Positions 24,624 to 34,183 of a stretch of 64,000 nucleotides of DNA are shown one piece after another. Numbering within the stretch: position 1 is the stretch's first letter; each line of letters starts with the position of its first letter. The notes below the pieces were generated by a model, which was given only the letters and a program-made list of their open reading frames with translations, did no database searches and was not told where the DNA came from. The DNA comes from Dehalococcoidia bacterium (GTDB taxonomy: Bacteria; Chloroflexota; Dehalococcoidia; Lucifugimonadales; Lucifugimonadaceae): assembly GCA_965261995.1 (NCBI GenBank), contig CBDHEH010000001.1, positions 6,036 through 70,035 on the forward strand. The letters are read 5' to 3'. A program made the position numbers and the translations under genes.

Positions 24624-26543
24624 CTATCTGAGAACGATCGTCTCTGGGGAGTTGAATCCGCCGAATGTTTCGGTGTACGGCATCCATTCAACGATGGCGG
24701 GCGAGACCGCGTACAGCTGGCTTTGTCGCACCATCGACATCACCAACGAAGTCTCGGCGAGCCAGTCGGTGAGTAAGATGTTGTTTTCGATGCGTTGCTG
24801 CGCGTCGGTTTCAATCAAGTTCGCCCAATATGTACGCTGGAGTAAGTCATTGGGCAGTTCGATGCCGCGGTTGGCGCCACCTTTAGCCGCGGTCATCAAT
24901 CGACCCTTTGGTTCGTCGAAGTAACCCAAGTTCATGTGGTGGTACAGCGGTATGTCGATGGTTCGCCCGATAAGCTTCGGTCGATTTCCGGCATATGCGG
25001 TCGCATCGATTTCGACGTTTAGATTCAAGTTGGCGGCCCATTGCAACACCGCAGCTTCGGCGATGTCGAATGGCAGCGAACCGGAGTCTGGGGTCAGCCA
25101 CACCGGAATGCGGAAGCCTTCTGGGACGCCAGACTCGGCCATCAAAGCTCGTGCACCTTCGGGATCGAACGGAACTTCCCACTCGGGTTTCCAGAGGGGG
25201 TCGTTGCTAGTGAAACCGGTGAATGTGAAGTGGGGTGGGTAGAGACCTTGTCCAATCACTTCGTTGATCGCGACGCGGTCGACGGCCATGCTCAATGCGC
25301 GGCGGAACTTGTTGCCGCGTTCCATTGACGCCGGGTCGTTAGGGTCGCTAATCCAAGGGTGTTCGGCGTCGGGTTTCCAGCCTTCCCTCGGAAACTCTGT
25401 TGAAGGGTCTACCGGATCTGACGTCTGCCAGAAGTTGCCGCCCATGTAAATGTGCAGTGTCTGGCCTTCGCCGAGTGGTTGGACGCGTGATCCGTCAACC
25501 TGCTCGGTGGCCTCAAGCACGAATTGTGCTGACATGACTGAGATGTGGACCTCGTCGTTGACAAATGCCGCAACTCGTGTCGCAGGTTCGGGGATGGCAA
25601 CCATTCGAATTCCTTCGATCGACGGGATTTTTCGATAGTGCTCAGTGACAGCCTTGAACTCGATGAAGTTATCGGCTTCGCCTTCGATCATCTCGAACGG
25701 ACCCTGTCCGATCTTTCTGCCGCCGGTCCCTGATCCAAGTTCGTCGATGGCTTTCTTTGATGTCGCGGTCAAAGTGTTGCGCCAGACGTTAGAAGTCTCG
25801 AGTAGCCATACTGGACTAAGGGTCGCGCCTTCTTTGACGTGCATGATGACCGTGTTATCGTCAACAGCTTCCCATGAGCCTTGGTATTCGCCTACGAAAC
25901 CCGAGCGTGAGTTTGTGTTGCCTTCACGTAGTGCGTCGTTGAACGACCAAGCGACGTCTTCGGCGGTCAGCTCACCCCAACCGTGATGGAATTGGACGCC
26001 ATCGCGGATGTTGAAGATGATTGACCTCCCATCTTCGGCAACCTTCCAGCCATTGGCGATGCTGATCGCGGGGTTGAAAGCTCCGCGTTGTGGAATCGGC
26101 GCAGGGTCGGCGAAGATTATCGCGTCTGCAACACCGATGTTGTCGCTGGTGTAGTCGTCATACGGGGAACTTGTGAACCAACCGGCTCCGATGTCGGGCG
26201 ATACGACAACCAACTTGCCAGATTGCGCAGTCGGCGCTTCGACGACTGCGGTGGCCGCGGCTAATGTTTCAGCACCGGCTCCCGCTCCGTAGGCCTCAGC
26301 TGTCGCGGTCACGACGACCTCGACTTCAACCTCGCGGGTGACTTCAACCTGAACTTCCTTTTGGACCTCGACAGTTACCTGCTTCTCGACTTCTACCTGG
26401 ACTTCTTTCTCGACCTCAACGGTGACTTGCACTTCACGTGTCACCTCGACGATCGTCTCGCCTCCGCAAGCGAAAACCACGGCGGACAACACGAGTGCTA
26501 TCGCCAGGGCAGCGCCAGATTTGGATATCCATATTCTTCGCAT
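24624..26543 (-). CDS. ABC substrate-binding lipoprotein, family 5 (peptide/nickel type) with an N-terminal alternating (E/Q/K/T)-V repeat tether
   Basis: 639 aa. Signal peptide plus lipobox LSAVVFAC|GG, then TREVQVTVEVEKEVQVEVEKQVTVEVQKEVQVEVTREVEVEVVV, then an SBP_bac_5-like body. Confidence 0.85.
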   Translation of the reverse strand: MRRIWISKSGAALAIALVLSAVVFACGGETIVEVTREVQVTVEVEKEVQVEVEKQVTVEVQKEVQVEVTREVEVEVVVTATAEAYGAGAGAETLAAATAVVEAPTAQSGKLVVVSPDIGAGWFTSSPYDDYTSDNIGVADAIIFADPAPIPQRGAFNPAISIANGWKVAEDGRSIIFNIRDGVQFHHGWGELTAEDVAWSFNDALREGNTNSRSGFVGEYQGSWEAVDDNTVIMHVKEGATLSPVWLLETSNVWRNTLTATSKKAIDELGSGTGGRKIGQGPFEMIEGEADNFIEFKAVTEHYRKIPSIEGIRMVAIPEPATRVAAFVNDEVHISVMSAQFVLEATEQVDGSRVQPLGEGQTLHIYMGGNFWQTSDPVDPSTEFPREGWKPDAEHPWISDPNDPASMERGNKFRRALSMAVDRVAINEVIGQGLYPPHFTFTGFTSNDPLWKPEWEVPFDPEGARALMAESGVPEGFRIPVWLTPDSGSLPFDIAEAAVLQWAANLNLNVEIDATAYAGNRPKLIGRTIDIPLYHHMNLGYFDEPKGRLMTAAKGGANRGIELPNDLLQRTYWANLIETDAQQRIENNILLTDWLAETSLVMSMVRQSQLYAVSPAIVEWMPYTETFGGFNSPETIVLR

Positions 26544-26632
26544 GATGTCTCCTCCTCGGAGCGATGCAGCGTGTTTGGGTTGTTGTGGGTTCGTTCAGGT
26601 ATAAGAGACAGGTTCTGAAACAGGTTATCCCA

Positions 26633-28627
26633 TTACGGCTTGAGATACCAGTCCGGATCTTCGAGCGCTTCGTAGACGATACCGCCTTCGACGTTTTTTG
26701 GCATTGGCCATCCCAATAGATGGCACAGCGTTGGCGCGACATCGACCACTTGGACTTTGCGCTCGAGCTCAACGCCTTGGCGGACGCCTGCCCCAGCGAG
26801 CACAAATGTGGAGTGTTGGCTACCGATGCCGAAGACGGACGAAGGGAGGTGCTTACCATGCACGCCGTCGAATTCGGGGCGCATGGCGTAAACGACGTCG
26901 CCGGCGGAGGTGCCCCAGATGTTTAGCATCTCGGCATCTTGGCGGCTCAACACCACGGAGAATGGGTGTTCACCCGTATCCGGGTCTGTGTAGGACATTA
27001 GCGTGTCGATGATCTTACGTTGCACCTTGTCGTAGTCTTCGGGTTCAACGTGACCTTCAGGGTCGCGGCCTTTGACGGGGATGAAGATGTCGATGGAGTT
27101 CATCGGGATCGCGACGCTCTTCTCAAAATCGACATCAATTTTGTTCTGCATCATGACGTCCCACGAGACGCGGTCGGGAACTTCGCCGGGACCGAAGGGA
27201 CCGGTGCGTGCGGCGTCTTGGTCGGATGGGGTGTCGGTGAAGATGAGCAGTCCTGCATCGACGAGAATGTCTTTGATGTCGGGGGGATTGCTCCGATTTG
27301 GTGTCGCGCCGTGGTCGGAGACGATACAGATCACGGTGTCTTCATCGGCCAGCGCCATTAGTCGGCCGATCATTTTGTCAGTCGACTCGTAGGTGTCCTT
27401 CAAACCGTTGAGGCATCGTTCTACGACTTCAGGTGGTGCACCGCTGATGGGATCGGCGGAGCCCATGAAGAAGTGATCGGAGTAGTCCGTGGCGTGGGTC
27501 TCCGCCATTAGGATGTCCCAATCGTGGTCGCGCGTTAACATCTCGGCGATATCGGCGATGCGACCGTGATGGAAATCGCAGAGTTCGATATAGGTCTGGT
27601 CGTCGACGAAGCCCAGAGCGTCACGGGCCGGGTTCTGGAGGAAATTGCCGACCTTTTCGTCTATCTCGTCGGAGACTGATGCAGGATTGGAGTAGCCGCG
27701 CCGAGGCCAGATTTGGGGGAAGAATAGCTCGAAGTTATCAGCGTTCGGCGTCAGCGTGATGAGCTTGCAAGAGACGTAACCCTCGACAGCTTCGCCATCG
27801 ATCTCGAATGAATTCAGGTTCCACTCGGACCACTCCCCTGCACTGATGTCGCCAAACGGATTAGCGGCGTCTTTGGATTTGGAGACCAAAACCCGGTCGT
27901 AACCGTCAGCGCCTGATGCGTAGACGAGCACGTTCCAATCTTGCGACGTGCCGACGTGCCCGCGGTGGAGGATTGTGCGGCCCCGTTTGAGCGGTGTCAG
28001 CGTGATTGTGGCTTCTAAAAGGTTTAGCGAGGATGCAGGAGAGTTGGTCCATCCTTGTGCGGGGTTCAACTCGACGTAGTCGTACGGTGCATCGGTACCG
28101 CCGCGGCTCGGATCTGTTGCTTCGGGGTCGATGGTTCCGCCCACGGGTCGCGGTCGCCAGTTGCCGGAGACGAAGAGGTGGTATCCGGCGATCTGGTGGT
28201 AATTGGAGACGCCGGGACCGGAGCCTTCGATCTGCATTCCGCGTTCGAGGGTTGCGGGCCAGGTGATCTCCTGTTTGATCATGATCGGGGTTTTGCCCGC
28301 GCGCTCCGCGGTCGCCCATATCTGCTCAGATTCAGAAGTGTGAGCAGCCATCGTCCACTGCGCCGTCTTCATCGATTCGCCTTCGCGATGAGACCCCCAC
28401 CACATGATGCCGTGAGTCCCCTGCCAACTGCCGCTGAATAACGATGTCCATCCGCAAGGCGTCAGCGTGGGATGTGTACCTAGCATCGGGCGTGAGACAC
28501 CGTTTTCTAGGAGCTTCTTCATGTTGGGAGCGCGGCCCCACGCCGCCATGCGTCGCCAAAATTCCATGCTAGCACCGTCGGTGCCGATCAAGATCGCTTT
28601 CTTCGCTGGCCCAGGCCGTAATTTCAT
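26633..28627 (-). CDS. Alkaline-phosphatase-superfamily protein (type I phosphodiesterase/nucleotide pyrophosphatase-like)
   Basis: ILIGTDGAS..., a nucleophile region HPTLTPCGWTSLFSG, and ...IVSDHGA. ATG 28627 (MKLRPGPAKK) is chosen; the track ORF extends to 28732. Confidence 0.8.
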   Translation of the reverse strand: MKLRPGPAKKAILIGTDGASMEFWRRMAAWGRAPNMKKLLENGVSRPMLGTHPTLTPCGWTSLFSGSWQGTHGIMWWGSHREGESMKTAQWTMAAHTSESEQIWATAERAGKTPIMIKQEITWPATLERGMQIEGSGPGVSNYHQIAGYHLFVSGNWRPRPVGGTIDPEATDPSRGGTDAPYDYVELNPAQGWTNSPASSLNLLEATITLTPLKRGRTILHRGHVGTSQDWNVLVYASGADGYDRVLVSKSKDAANPFGDISAGEWSEWNLNSFEIDGEAVEGYVSCKLITLTPNADNFELFFPQIWPRRGYSNPASVSDEIDEKVGNFLQNPARDALGFVDDQTYIELCDFHHGRIADIAEMLTRDHDWDILMAETHATDYSDHFFMGSADPISGAPPEVVERCLNGLKDTYESTDKMIGRLMALADEDTVICIVSDHGATPNRSNPPDIKDILVDAGLLIFTDTPSDQDAARTGPFGPGEVPDRVSWDVMMQNKIDVDFEKSVAIPMNSIDIFIPVKGRDPEGHVEPEDYDKVQRKIIDTLMSYTDPDTGEHPFSVVLSRQDAEMLNIWGTSAGDVVYAMRPEFDGVHGKHLPSSVFGIGSQHSTFVLAGAGVRQGVELERKVQVVDVAPTLCHLLGWPMPKNVEGGIVYEALEDPDWYLKP

Positions 28628-28762
28628 TGCGGGTAGCTCCGTACCAATGCGCGCGACTCCGGTGTTGCAACGCGGATGCATATTAGCACGATTCGGGCAA
28701 CCTGTTGCCGTTCGACGGCCGTTTCGAATCAAACCGAGGTGTATTGGATACGAAACAAGGTG

Positions 28763-29521
28763 CTATCGAAGGATTTGAGCCACAACGGACATCGTGGCGA
28801 TGGCGGCGGTTTCGGTTCGCAGTATTCGGGCACCCAAACTTGCAAGCTGGGCGCCCTGCTCTGCCGCGCGTCTCGCTTCGTTTTCCGAGAATCCGCCTAC
28901 CGGTCCTAGAATGAGGGCCATGTTGTTCGGCGTTTGATCATCGTTCCGCAGATCGGTAAGAAGATCGGACAGCATCGGTTCGTTTGCGCCTTCCCAGAGG
29001 AAGATGATTGCCGTGTTTTGGGAGGATAATTCCGTTAGAACGGTCGAAATCGGTGCGGCTTCGGTGATCGCGGGTAGTCGCACGCGGCCGGAAAGCTCGG
29101 CGGCCTCGACAACGATGCGGCGCCACCGGACCATACGATTGGTCCCGATGGTGGCGTCGGACTTCAGAACGCGTTCCGTGGTGATGGGGCGAAATTCAGA
29201 TGCCCCGAGTTCGGTACATTTAGCCAGCGCAACTTCGAAACGCTGAGTGCGAGTGAGCGCCATGACCATTGTCACTTTGGTGCTCATCTCGACGTCTGGA
29301 TCGGTAACTGTCAGCAGTTCGGCAGTTACGTGCCGTCGATCGGCTGCTTGTGTCAGGTTGGCTGTCCATTCCCGGCCATCGCCGCAAAATATGTTGAAGT
29401 TTTCGCCGACCCGCAATCGCACAACGTTTCGAATCTGATGAGAGACGTCTTCGGGTAAATCGATTCGTGCGCCGACTTCTAACTTGGGCGAAAGAGAAGA
29501 GTCGACGAAAAAACGGTGCAT
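28763..29521 (-). CDS. rsmE: 16S rRNA (uracil1498-N3)-methyltransferase
   Basis: MHRFFVDS...HQIRNVVRLRVGE...LILGPVGGFSENE matches the RsmE family. ATG at 29521. Confidence 0.88.
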   Translation of the reverse strand: MHRFFVDSSLSPKLEVGARIDLPEDVSHQIRNVVRLRVGENFNIFCGDGREWTANLTQAADRRHVTAELLTVTDPDVEMSTKVTMVMALTRTQRFEVALAKCTELGASEFRPITTERVLKSDATIGTNRMVRWRRIVVEAAELSGRVRLPAITEAAPISTVLTELSSQNTAIIFLWEGANEPMLSDLLTDLRNDDQTPNNMALILGPVGGFSENEARRAAEQGAQLASLGARILRTETAAIATMSVVAQILR

Positions 29522-29532
29522 TCGTAGCCGTC

Positions 29533-30492
29533 CTACGAGTCGCTGGTTTTGATCATCCGCAACATCATCCAATCGCCTTCTTGTTTGGTGTCGGTGATAG
29601 ATAGCGGTCCGGCGTTCAAAAATGCTTCCTCGACCGTTTCGATCTGTTCGTTCATGATGCCGGAAACCAAGATGACGCCTCCAGATTTGGCATGGCCGAC
29701 GATGGGTTCGGCGAGGTCGATCAGAACCCGAGAAGTGATGTTGGCGAATACATAGTCGAACTTGATATTCGGCAGATCAGGGTTAGGTATCGAGCCTTCG
29801 ACAACGTGGGAGTTTTCGGAGACGCCTGACATGATGAGATTGTCGCGGACGGCCCGGACAGCGGTTTCGTCGATGTCAACACACCAAGCTTCGGAGGCGC
29901 CCATCTTCAAAGCGACGATGGATAGGACTCCGGACCCACATCCAACATCGAGGATTCGGCTGCCGGACAGATCACCCGAGTCGGCTTCAGCGACGATCTG
30001 GTTTAAGCAGAGGCGGGTTGTGGGATGGTTGCCGGTGCCAAATGCCAGCCCTGGCGATAGGTAGACGTGGACATCGTCGGTTGGCGGTTCGTCCGGCGGC
30101 ATTTCGTGATCGAGGGCCGACGGGGATATGACGATCCGGTTGCCGACGCGGATGGTTGGGAATGTCTGGTTCGACCATTCGTCGGCGGTTACGACTCGCT
30201 CTTGATGTGGCGACACATCGGCGAGTTCGGACATGAGTCGCAGACCGATTTCGATCATACCCTTACGGGTTTTGACTGTGTCGTCGATTATCAGATAGCA
30301 AAATACCGTGACATCGTCGGTGGGAGTGTAGTCGGGGCCAACCTCGTCTGCATCCCAATCGCCGGATTGCGAAACGAACACACGCTCGTCGCTATAACGC
30401 GAGAAGAGATGGGTGACCGGTTCCGCGAACTCTGAGGGTAGCTCGACGCTGATTTCGAGCCAGCGATCCGTTTGGGCGTCCTGCCGACTCAT
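29533..30492 (-). CDS. prmA: Ribosomal protein L11 methyltransferase
   Basis: WLEISVE..., FGTGNHPTTRLCL, ILDVGCGSGVLSI. Confidence 0.9.
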   Translation of the reverse strand: MSRQDAQTDRWLEISVELPSEFAEPVTHLFSRYSDERVFVSQSGDWDADEVGPDYTPTDDVTVFCYLIIDDTVKTRKGMIEIGLRLMSELADVSPHQERVVTADEWSNQTFPTIRVGNRIVISPSALDHEMPPDEPPTDDVHVYLSPGLAFGTGNHPTTRLCLNQIVAEADSGDLSGSRILDVGCGSGVLSIVALKMGASEAWCVDIDETAVRAVRDNLIMSGVSENSHVVEGSIPNPDLPNIKFDYVFANITSRVLIDLAEPIVGHAKSGGVILVSGIMNEQIETVEEAFLNAGPLSITDTKQEGDWMMLRMIKTSDS

Positions 30493-30536
30493 TGAACGGG
30501 GATGGTGAGGATGTCAGTCGCGCTTGTGGACGTTAG

Positions 30537-31715
30537 TTACTGTCCAGAGAATGTGCCTTTTAGCCAGCTCCAGATGCCATTGTCGCTGCCGTTGTGTGCC
30601 GACCGCGCTCCGTACGAAACATCATTTTCGACGATGACGGGATCGAGTGCCCGGTCGTCGGTGGCACGCATTGTGTCGCCGAGTTTTCGGACAAGGTCTT
30701 TCTGTTCGGTGGTAAGCGAACGCGGCGTTACCACGGCGAATTGGATGATTTGGTCGCCGCGCGGTCCGTCGTTGCGGAGCCGCGGCACGCCCAATCCCGT
30801 GAGCACCCTCTGGTTGCCCGTTTGAACGCCGGGTTCGATTCTGACCGTTTTGTCGTCCTCCAATGTGGGGACGGTGATATCTCCACCGAGCATTGCCGTT
30901 ACGACGTTTAATTCTGCACGGATGAGGACATCATTGCCGCTACGGGTGAAGACGCGGTCCGGCTCAACGTGCACTCGAACGTAAAGGTCACCAGCTTGAC
31001 CGCCGAGTTCACCAACATCACCGTGACCCCGCATTACGATGCGGTTGCCGTCGTCGACTCCCGAGGGGATGTCGATCGAGATCTTGCGACGATTGTTGGC
31101 GACACCGGTAGCGTTGCATTGGACACATGCGCGGTCGACTCGGGTTCCGATGCCGCGGCAAGTGGAACATTCGCCGATCTGTTCAAAGTTACCGAACAAC
31201 GTTCGTTGCGCGCGGCGTACCTTTCCGTTGCCGTTACATGTTTGGCACGTCGTCTTTTTGCTCCCGGGTTCACCGCGTGATCCGCTGCATCGAGAACAGA
31301 TTTCACGGCGCATGACATCGGTTTCGCGGCTGGTACCGAATATTGCGTCGCGGAACGAAATGCTCAATGCGAGCTCGACGTCTCGCCCGCGGCGGACGCG
31401 TGTGCCCGAGGCACCACCGAAGAACGATTCGAATATATCGCCGAATCCGCCAAAGTCGCTGAAACCTTCGAAGCCATTGCCAGCGTTGCCGTTGACGCCT
31501 TGGTGACCGAAGCGATCGTAACGAGCGCGGCTCTCCGAATCGCTGAGAACTTGGTACGCTTCGTTGATCTCCTTGAAGCGTTCGGTCGCGCCCGCTTCCC
31601 GGTTTCGATCCGGGTGGTACTGCAAAGCCATCCGACGAAATGCTTTTTTGATATCTTCCTCGTTTGCGGAGCGAGGAATTTCAAGCACCTCGTAGTAGTC
31701 GCGCTTTTCGCTCAT
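30537..31715 (-). CDS. dnaJ: Chaperone DnaJ
   Basis: J domain DYYEVLEI...YHPDRN, a G/F region, and four CxxCxGxG-type zinc motifs. Confidence 0.95.
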   Translation of the reverse strand: MSEKRDYYEVLEIPRSANEEDIKKAFRRMALQYHPDRNREAGATERFKEINEAYQVLSDSESRARYDRFGHQGVNGNAGNGFEGFSDFGGFGDIFESFFGGASGTRVRRGRDVELALSISFRDAIFGTSRETDVMRREICSRCSGSRGEPGSKKTTCQTCNGNGKVRRAQRTLFGNFEQIGECSTCRGIGTRVDRACVQCNATGVANNRRKISIDIPSGVDDGNRIVMRGHGDVGELGGQAGDLYVRVHVEPDRVFTRSGNDVLIRAELNVVTAMLGGDITVPTLEDDKTVRIEPGVQTGNQRVLTGLGVPRLRNDGPRGDQIIQFAVVTPRSLTTEQKDLVRKLGDTMRATDDRALDPVIVENDVSYGARSAHNGSDNGIWSWLKGTFSGQ

Positions 31716-31778
31716 GGGGTTACGGCCGTTCTTTCGATATCGTGAGTTAGATCTGGAGTAGTGTTGGTTCCGACCGAC

Positions 31779-32801
31779 TCAACCGCGGTTTACCATCGCG
31801 TCCAACGTTTCGGCCGCGAACGTAACGGTAGGTATCGACGTGCCGTACGCGGTCCGCATCGGGGAAATCAATCCCACAACACCGCGGGCATCGACTTCTC
31901 CGCCGTAGCCGCACATGATTACGCTGTAGTCGCAGAGTTCGGGGCGAATGTTGTCAGTTCCGATGGAGACTATTGGTTGATTGCGGTAGGTCACACCGGA
32001 AATCAGTTCTGTGAATGCGTCATCGTTTTCGAGCGCAGACATCGCCAATGCGCCTTTTGCCGGTTGCGCGGCCGACTCGGGATCTGACATGAAGTGGCCA
32101 AAACCACTCATGTAACGCTCGCCAGGGACGGAATCGGCGTGCATCAACGCGTCGATCGTGGCGTGCCACACCTGGCGCTCGAGATCGTCTTCGATATCTT
32201 CACGGTCTTTTCGCGCAACCAGTTCTCGGACACCCTTGCCGGAGACTTCCGCAGTTACTTTGTTGCGGGCTTGCTCCAATTGGGAGTCGTTGACGTTTTG
32301 ATCCAACTCGATCACGCGGCGGTATACGCGTGCTTCTTGGAGCACGAGTACCAGCATGACCAACATGTCTTGCAGTCGCAACAGTTCAATCTGTTTGACG
32401 TCTGGCATCTTCACGCGTGGTGCTGTGATGAACGCGAGAGCACCGATCAAGTCGGCGATGACGGACGCTGCGATTCGCACCCACGCGTCGATGTCGTCTG
32501 GTGCGACATCGATCTGGCGCTGCAGCATGGTGACCAGGCCTTCAGGCGGAGGCGATGTTAGGTCCAAACCGCCGACGAAGTGTCGGTATCCCATCTCGGC
32601 CGGAACCGCACCCGAAGATGAGTGAGGCCGCAGCAAGTAGCCTTCTTCGACCAGAGCACCGACTTCATTTCGTATCGTGGCAGAGCTGACGTTGAAGCCA
32701 GCGGAATTCGCAACCGCGTTCGATGAAACCGGCAACGCGGACGATATGTAGTCGTCCACGATGAAGGTCAGGATGGTGCTTCTTCGTTCTGGCAGAGGCA
32801 T
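31779..32801 (-). CDS. hrcA: Heat-inducible transcription repressor HrcA
   Basis: RRSTILTFIVDDYISSALPVSSNAVA...SSATIRNEVGALVEEGYLLRPHSSSGAVP. ATG 32801 is preferred; the track ORF extends to 32870. Confidence 0.88.
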   Translation of the reverse strand: MPLPERRSTILTFIVDDYISSALPVSSNAVANSAGFNVSSATIRNEVGALVEEGYLLRPHSSSGAVPAEMGYRHFVGGLDLTSPPPEGLVTMLQRQIDVAPDDIDAWVRIAASVIADLIGALAFITAPRVKMPDVKQIELLRLQDMLVMLVLVLQEARVYRRVIELDQNVNDSQLEQARNKVTAEVSGKGVRELVARKDREDIEDDLERQVWHATIDALMHADSVPGERYMSGFGHFMSDPESAAQPAKGALAMSALENDDAFTELISGVTYRNQPIVSIGTDNIRPELCDYSVIMCGYGGEVDARGVVGLISPMRTAYGTSIPTVTFAAETLDAMVNRG

Positions 32802-32976
32802 GTTTCGAGGCGAAAAATCGACGGATCCGGATAACAGTCCCGACATGAGACATAGTACGCGATCCGCCAATACTATGGACCGCCCTTCTACTTAGAGAAT
32901 CTATCACGAGCCAAAGGTTCAGCGATGAAGGGGCGTTCTGTGGCTAACGGCCAAGCAGTGGAACACCGGGTGGTCA

Positions 32977-33705
32977 TCAACCGGGTCTTGGCACCTTAGA
33001 CGAATGTATCGCGGTGATTTGAGCCCAACATTGTTCAGGACCGGTAGCTGACCACGGCCGCGTCAATCCGACTCGCAGGTATAGCTCTGGAATTCTCGAG
33101 ATCCTGCCATTGATCTCAGATTCAATCGCTTGGTGAGAATTTCCAGCCGCACATCGCTCCGTAACATAAGTTGCCAACGCCAAGTCATTGACCGCCCATC
33201 TGACGTAACGGGCTTCAGATTGGTCACGAAACGAAAGGCGGAGAGCCGGTTTTTCAGGATCTTCGATCCGTAATTCGATGCTTGATGAAATGGGAATGAT
33301 TGTTCCCAGTGATCGTGTCTCTGAGCCGGGCGGGACAAATCTACCGTTTCTGATGAATCCATCGAAAATATCCGAAACGCTCGGAAACGTTGTGCAAACT
33401 AATGCACGAAGCCATTCCGAATCGTTGGCGTGACGAACCACATTCATTCGTCGGCGATAAACGAAATCCTCAATGTGTGGTGGTGTCTTATCGACTTTGG
33501 GCTCGCCGAAAAATTCAACGACTGAACCCGGCCCAACATTAACCCCGTCGTCCATTTTCAGATCCGCGCGCCTCACACCGGCCGCGGATCCAGGTTCTGG
33601 CCTCCAGGTAAAACCATCGGGATCAACGCCTGCAACGCAAACCCGGTCACCACCCATCCGCGTGAGATCGGTGACCACGATATGAACAGGGGTTGATTGC
33701 CTCAT
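32977..33705 (-). CDS. Uncharacterised 242-aa protein, third gene of the DUF488 operon
   Basis: MRQSTPVHIVVTDLTRMGGDRVCVAGVDPDGFTWRPEP... It looks beta-rich, with no catalytic or binding motif I can recognise. The ATG is 3 nt after the stop of the upstream DUF488 gene. Confidence 0.6.
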   Translation of the reverse strand: MRQSTPVHIVVTDLTRMGGDRVCVAGVDPDGFTWRPEPGSAAGVRRADLKMDDGVNVGPGSVVEFFGEPKVDKTPPHIEDFVYRRRMNVVRHANDSEWLRALVCTTFPSVSDIFDGFIRNGRFVPPGSETRSLGTIIPISSSIELRIEDPEKPALRLSFRDQSEARYVRWAVNDLALATYVTERCAAGNSHQAIESEINGRISRIPELYLRVGLTRPWSATGPEQCWAQITAIHSSKVPRPG

Positions 33706-33708
33706 AAC

Positions 33709-34179
33709 TCACAAGTGAACGATTTCACATTCTGGGAAGCGTTGCTTTTTGATTTGCTCGGCTGCCAGCCTGCGATGGCACCGTTCAGGTTCAACCTCGC
33801 TACAGAGGAGCACTAATCCTTTGTCGATTAATTGTTCATCGACCGCTTCAATCGCTCCTCGTTCTTCCAACAGATCCAAATATCTCTCGGAATAGAAGGC
33901 CCACGCCTCGTCGCGGCAGGCCTTGCGCTTCGAGGCTTCTCTGTAGGTTTTGAGCATCTCAGAAGTAGGAGCCAAATCCGGGAGTTCTACGTAGTTCCAA
34001 TTGGGAAATCCTTCAAGATTTGCAATGAACCAGCCAAGGTCTATGCCTACAGTGAACCGCGCGAGTTGACTTGTATTGCTGCGCCGAATGTCCGCGAGAA
34101 CTGACGCTTCCGTTTCTCGCAAAAGTTCAAAAAACTGTTGGGCTGTCTTCCGCGTGAAACCAATCGTGTAAATTTTCAT
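33709..34179 (-). CDS. DUF488 family protein (paralog 2, YeaO-like subtype)
   Basis: MKIYTIGFTRKTAQQFFELL...LADIRR...LLCSEVEPERCHRRLAAE. ATG 34179 lies 4 nt after the upstream stop. Confidence 0.75.
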   Translation of the reverse strand: MKIYTIGFTRKTAQQFFELLRETEASVLADIRRSNTSQLARFTVGIDLGWFIANLEGFPNWNYVELPDLAPTSEMLKTYREASKRKACRDEAWAFYSERYLDLLEERGAIEAVDEQLIDKGLVLLCSEVEPERCHRRLAAEQIKKQRFPECEIVHL

Positions 34180-34183
34180 GGGA

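Noticed and set aside
32802-32976. CIRCE operator upstream of hrcA.
   Set aside because: No TTAGCACTC-N9-GAGTGCTAA-like inverted repeat is visible. Only the short palindrome CGGATCCG is present.
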